NCBI GenBank assembly: GCA_963772365.1
Contig: CAVYXA010000003.1
Coordinates: 96,001-160,000 of the forward strand
Direction: 5' to 3'
DNA: 64,000 nucleotides
DNA from: an uncultured Verrucomicrobiae bacterium
GTDB lineage: Bacteria > Verrucomicrobiota > Verrucomicrobiia > Chthoniobacterales > UBA10450
In this document: positions 61,680 to 64,000 of the stretch, piece after piece
Layout of the letters: each line of letters opens with the position of its first letter
Numbering within the stretch: the stretch's first letter is position 1
Made by a program: the position numbers and the translations under genes
Notes under the pieces: model-generated
What the model saw: the letters and a program-made list of their open reading frames with translations, nothing else
Databases searched by the model: none
What the model was told of the DNA's origin: nothing

Positions 61680-63188
61680 ATGGCTTACCGCTCCTATCGC
61701 GATTTTCTTCAGGCGCTGGAAACAGCCGGCGAACTGACGCGCGTCTCGGTCCCAGTCGATACCAATTTGCTCATTGCCGAATGGGCCGATCGAGAGATGA
61801 AATCGCCCGGTGGCGGCAAAGCGTTGCTTTTCGAGCAACCGCTTGTCGATGGAAGGAAATCGCAGTTCCCGGGGGCGATTAATACCATGGGTTCGCGCCG
61901 GCGGATGGCGCTGGCCTTACAGGTCGCGGACGTCGAAGAGTGGCGCGGGAAATTCAGCTCATCCTCAAAGCCAAGCCGCCCACTGATCTGCGTGAAGGAT
62001 GGAGCTCTGCTCAAGCAAGGAATTCATTTGCTGCACGCGCGGCCGAAACAAGTGAAGGAAGCGGCCTGTCACGAAGTCGTGCACAAGATCGACCCGCCTT
62101 CGCAAGGCTGCGGCGCGGCAGGCAATGGCGATGGATTTTCATTGTCGGATCTGCCGATCTTGAAATGCTGGCCCAAAGATGGCGGGCGATTCATCACCCT
62201 CCCCTGCGTGCATACTCGCGATCCGGAGACCGGCGCGCGCAACGTCGGGGTTTATCGAATGCAGGTTTATGACGAGCGCACTACCGGCATGCACTGGCAG
62301 ATTCACAAGGTCGGCGCGCGGCATGGGAAACGTTATTATGAAAGGCGCGAACGGATGCCGGTGGCGGTGACCCTCGGGGGCGATCCAGTTTACACCTTTG
62401 CCGCCACCGCGCCGTTGCCAGACGGTCTGGACGAAATTTTGTTCGCCGGTTTTCTGCGGAAGAAATCGGTCGAGCTAGTCCGTTGCAAGACCATCGATGT
62501 CGATGTTCCGGCGGATGTCGATTTTGTCCTGGAAGGTTATGTGCAGCCTGGCGAGATGCGACCGGAGGGACCATTCGGCGATCATACTGGGTTTTATACC
62601 GCGGTCGAGGATTACCCAGTCTTTCATCTGACCGCGATCACGCATCGCAAGGATGCGATTTACCCGACCACGATCGTGGGCAAGCCGCCGATGGAAGACT
62701 TTTATCTCGGCGATACGACGGTGCGGCTTTTTCTGCCGGTGTTCAAAATGAACTTTCCAGAGATCGTCGATATGACGTTGCCGCCCGAAGGCGTGTTTCA
62801 TAATCTGGTGTTTGTCAGCATTCGAAAACAGTATCCGTATCAGGCGTTCAAAGTGATGCACGGCCTCTGGGGCATGGGCCAGATGATGTTCAGCAAATAC
62901 ATCGTGGTGGTGGATGAAGATTGCGACGTGCATAACACCAGCGAAGTGCTGTTTCGTTTGTGCGCCAACACCGATCCGGCCCGCGATTCAACCGTGATCA
63001 AAAACCCGAGCGACTCGCTCGATCACGCGCCAACGGAACAGAACATCGGTTCGCACATGGGATTTGATGCCACCCGAAAATTACCGGGCGAAGGCTACCG
63101 TCGCCCATGGCCGGAGTTGCTGAAGATGACGGACGAAGCGCAGAAGCTCGTGGATGAGCTGCAACGAAAGTCAGGCATCTCTACCTGA
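61680..63188 (+). CDS. ubiD: UbiD-family (prFMN) decarboxylase, menaquinone-type
   Basis: WPKDGGRFIT, RNVGVYRMQ, EGPFGDHTG, GKPPMED, DATRK; compensating frameshifts near 61940-62005. Confidence 0.93.
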   Translation: MAYRSYRDFLQALETAGELTRVSVPVDTNLLIAEWADREMKSPGGGKALLFEQPLVDGRKSQFPGAINTMGSRRRMALALQVADVEEWRGKFSSSSKPSRPLICVKDGALLKQGIHLLHARPKQVKEAACHEVVHKIDPPSQGCGAAGNGDGFSLSDLPILKCWPKDGGRFITLPCVHTRDPETGARNVGVYRMQVYDERTTGMHWQIHKVGARHGKRYYERRERMPVAVTLGGDPVYTFAATAPLPDGLDEILFAGFLRKKSVELVRCKTIDVDVPADVDFVLEGYVQPGEMRPEGPFGDHTGFYTAVEDYPVFHLTAITHRKDAIYPTTIVGKPPMEDFYLGDTTVRLFLPVFKMNFPEIVDMTLPPEGVFHNLVFVSIRKQYPYQAFKVMHGLWGMGQMMFSKYIVVVDEDCDVHNTSEVLFRLCANTDPARDSTVIKNPSDSLDHAPTEQNIGSHMGFDATRKLPGEGYRRPWPELLKMTDEAQKLVDELQRKSGIST

Positions 63189-63443
63189 TTCGCCCGTCGC
63201 GGTTTGACCTGCCGATTAATGCCGATTAAGGGAGGCAACCTTATACTGGCGGCTAATTAGGCCGATTGGCCAAAAGCAAGCCTCGGCTGCTTTTTCGTCG
63301 GAGTTGTTTACACAAATCTTCATGCCGCGGGAGAACTGCCTGGCCATTTTTCTAAACATAAACCTTTGATAATCACGATACTTACACAGAGAATATACGA
63401 ACCACGGATCACGGTGGTACCTGTTATGCTAACAACATCAGCT

Positions 63444-64000
63444 ATGAAAAAATCACATGTTCTGTCGCACCAAAAGATGCATGGGTTGTCGTTAACGGTC
63501 GCAGCGTTGCTACTCCTGGTTGGGAAGACATCCATTGCAGCGACCTTCGACTTCGAGTCGCTGCCAACTTCTTCCGGCGGGGCTCACACCTCATTGATGC
63601 TGACTGATTCCGGGCTCACCATGACCTTGACGCGAAATGGCGGTACCGCTTTCGATATCTTCGATCTGAGCCCATTTGCCGGTCCGCCGTCGTTTGGCAT
63701 GCGCACACTCGATCCATTCCAGGCAGGGGAGTTCGGGCCTGGGCACGAGTTCGTCGCCGACTTCTCTTCCGCGGTCAGTTCTGTCGGAATTAACTTCGGG
63801 GATTACGATGCCGATGACGATACATTCGAAATGAGGGCTTACTCGGGAGCAGGTGGCACCGGCATGCTGCTGGACACTTTTACTCTGTTCTGGCCGGCGA
63901 CGAACACGTTCCCCGGTGACGTCGGATTTGGATCGGTTTCCGGGGCCGGGATTATGAGCGTAGTTTTCACCAGCACTGGGACTTTCAACAACAGTTTTTA
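63444..64000 (+). CDS. Secreted protein, probably PEP-CTERM type, truncated by window end
   Basis: Open frame to the window end: MKKSH..LTVAALLLLVG..AATFDFE..ADFSSAVSSVGINFGDYDADDD..AYSGAGGTG. Confidence 0.7.
   Translation, partial: MKKSHVLSHQKMHGLSLTVAALLLLVGKTSIAATFDFESLPTSSGGAHTSLMLTDSGLTMTLTRNGGTAFDIFDLSPFAGPPSFGMRTLDPFQAGEFGPGHEFVADFSSAVSSVGINFGDYDADDDTFEMRAYSGAGGTGMLLDTFTLFWPATNTFPGDVGFGSVSGAGIMSVVFTSTGTFNNSF

Noticed and set aside
47721..62010. Mass pseudogenization or programmed frameshifting in pilT/U, dmpA, dnaX, moa genes and ubiD
   Set aside because: Indels hit nearly every gene including essential dnaX, start abruptly and leave motifs intact; best explained by low-coverage long-read error. 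The dnaX breaks fall within the first ~280 codons (the first just before the DEVH motif), not at the known gamma/tau slip site.
1..64000. CRISPR array, prophage or reverse-transcriptase system
   Set aside because: No regularly spaced repeats, cas genes, RT motifs or phage structural cluster were seen; only a lone tube gene.

Overview
Bacterial window of about 55% GC (estimated by eye). PEP-CTERM proteins, an ARC/Dop pair and the repeat families suggest a soil Verrucomicrobiota (Chthoniobacterales-like) genome; this is inference. Blocks: (1) 0.3-8.3 kb, two paralogous PEP-CTERM genes bracket a secreted beta-helix-like gene and two GT-C/TPR membrane proteins resembling protein O-mannosyltransferases (DUF2723/TMEM260-like and TMTC-like). 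(2) GH15, GNAT, two Gfo/Idh/MocA genes and thrS, with hicAB lying between two 179-bp copies of the thrS 3' end. (3) 16.4-31 kb, a fast-turnover array of secreted paralogs (W-[SA]-[PG]-D-S family, LprI domains, gene remnants), followed by an orphan contractile tail-tube gene. (4) Proteasome ATPase, a RAYT transposase with REPs, dop, vapBC, guaA, aat and tRNA-Phe. (5) ABC permease and a cupredoxin/hybrid kinase/outer-membrane barrel operon. (6) pilT/pilU, dmpA, dnaX, ybaB, moa/mog genes and ubiD; nearly every gene from about 47.7 to 62 kb has indels, most likely sequencing error. Several short repeat families are scattered through the window, some translated in frame inside housekeeping proteins, some nested in each other, and some supplying stop codons. 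All family assignments come from recognising motifs by eye; no searches were run.
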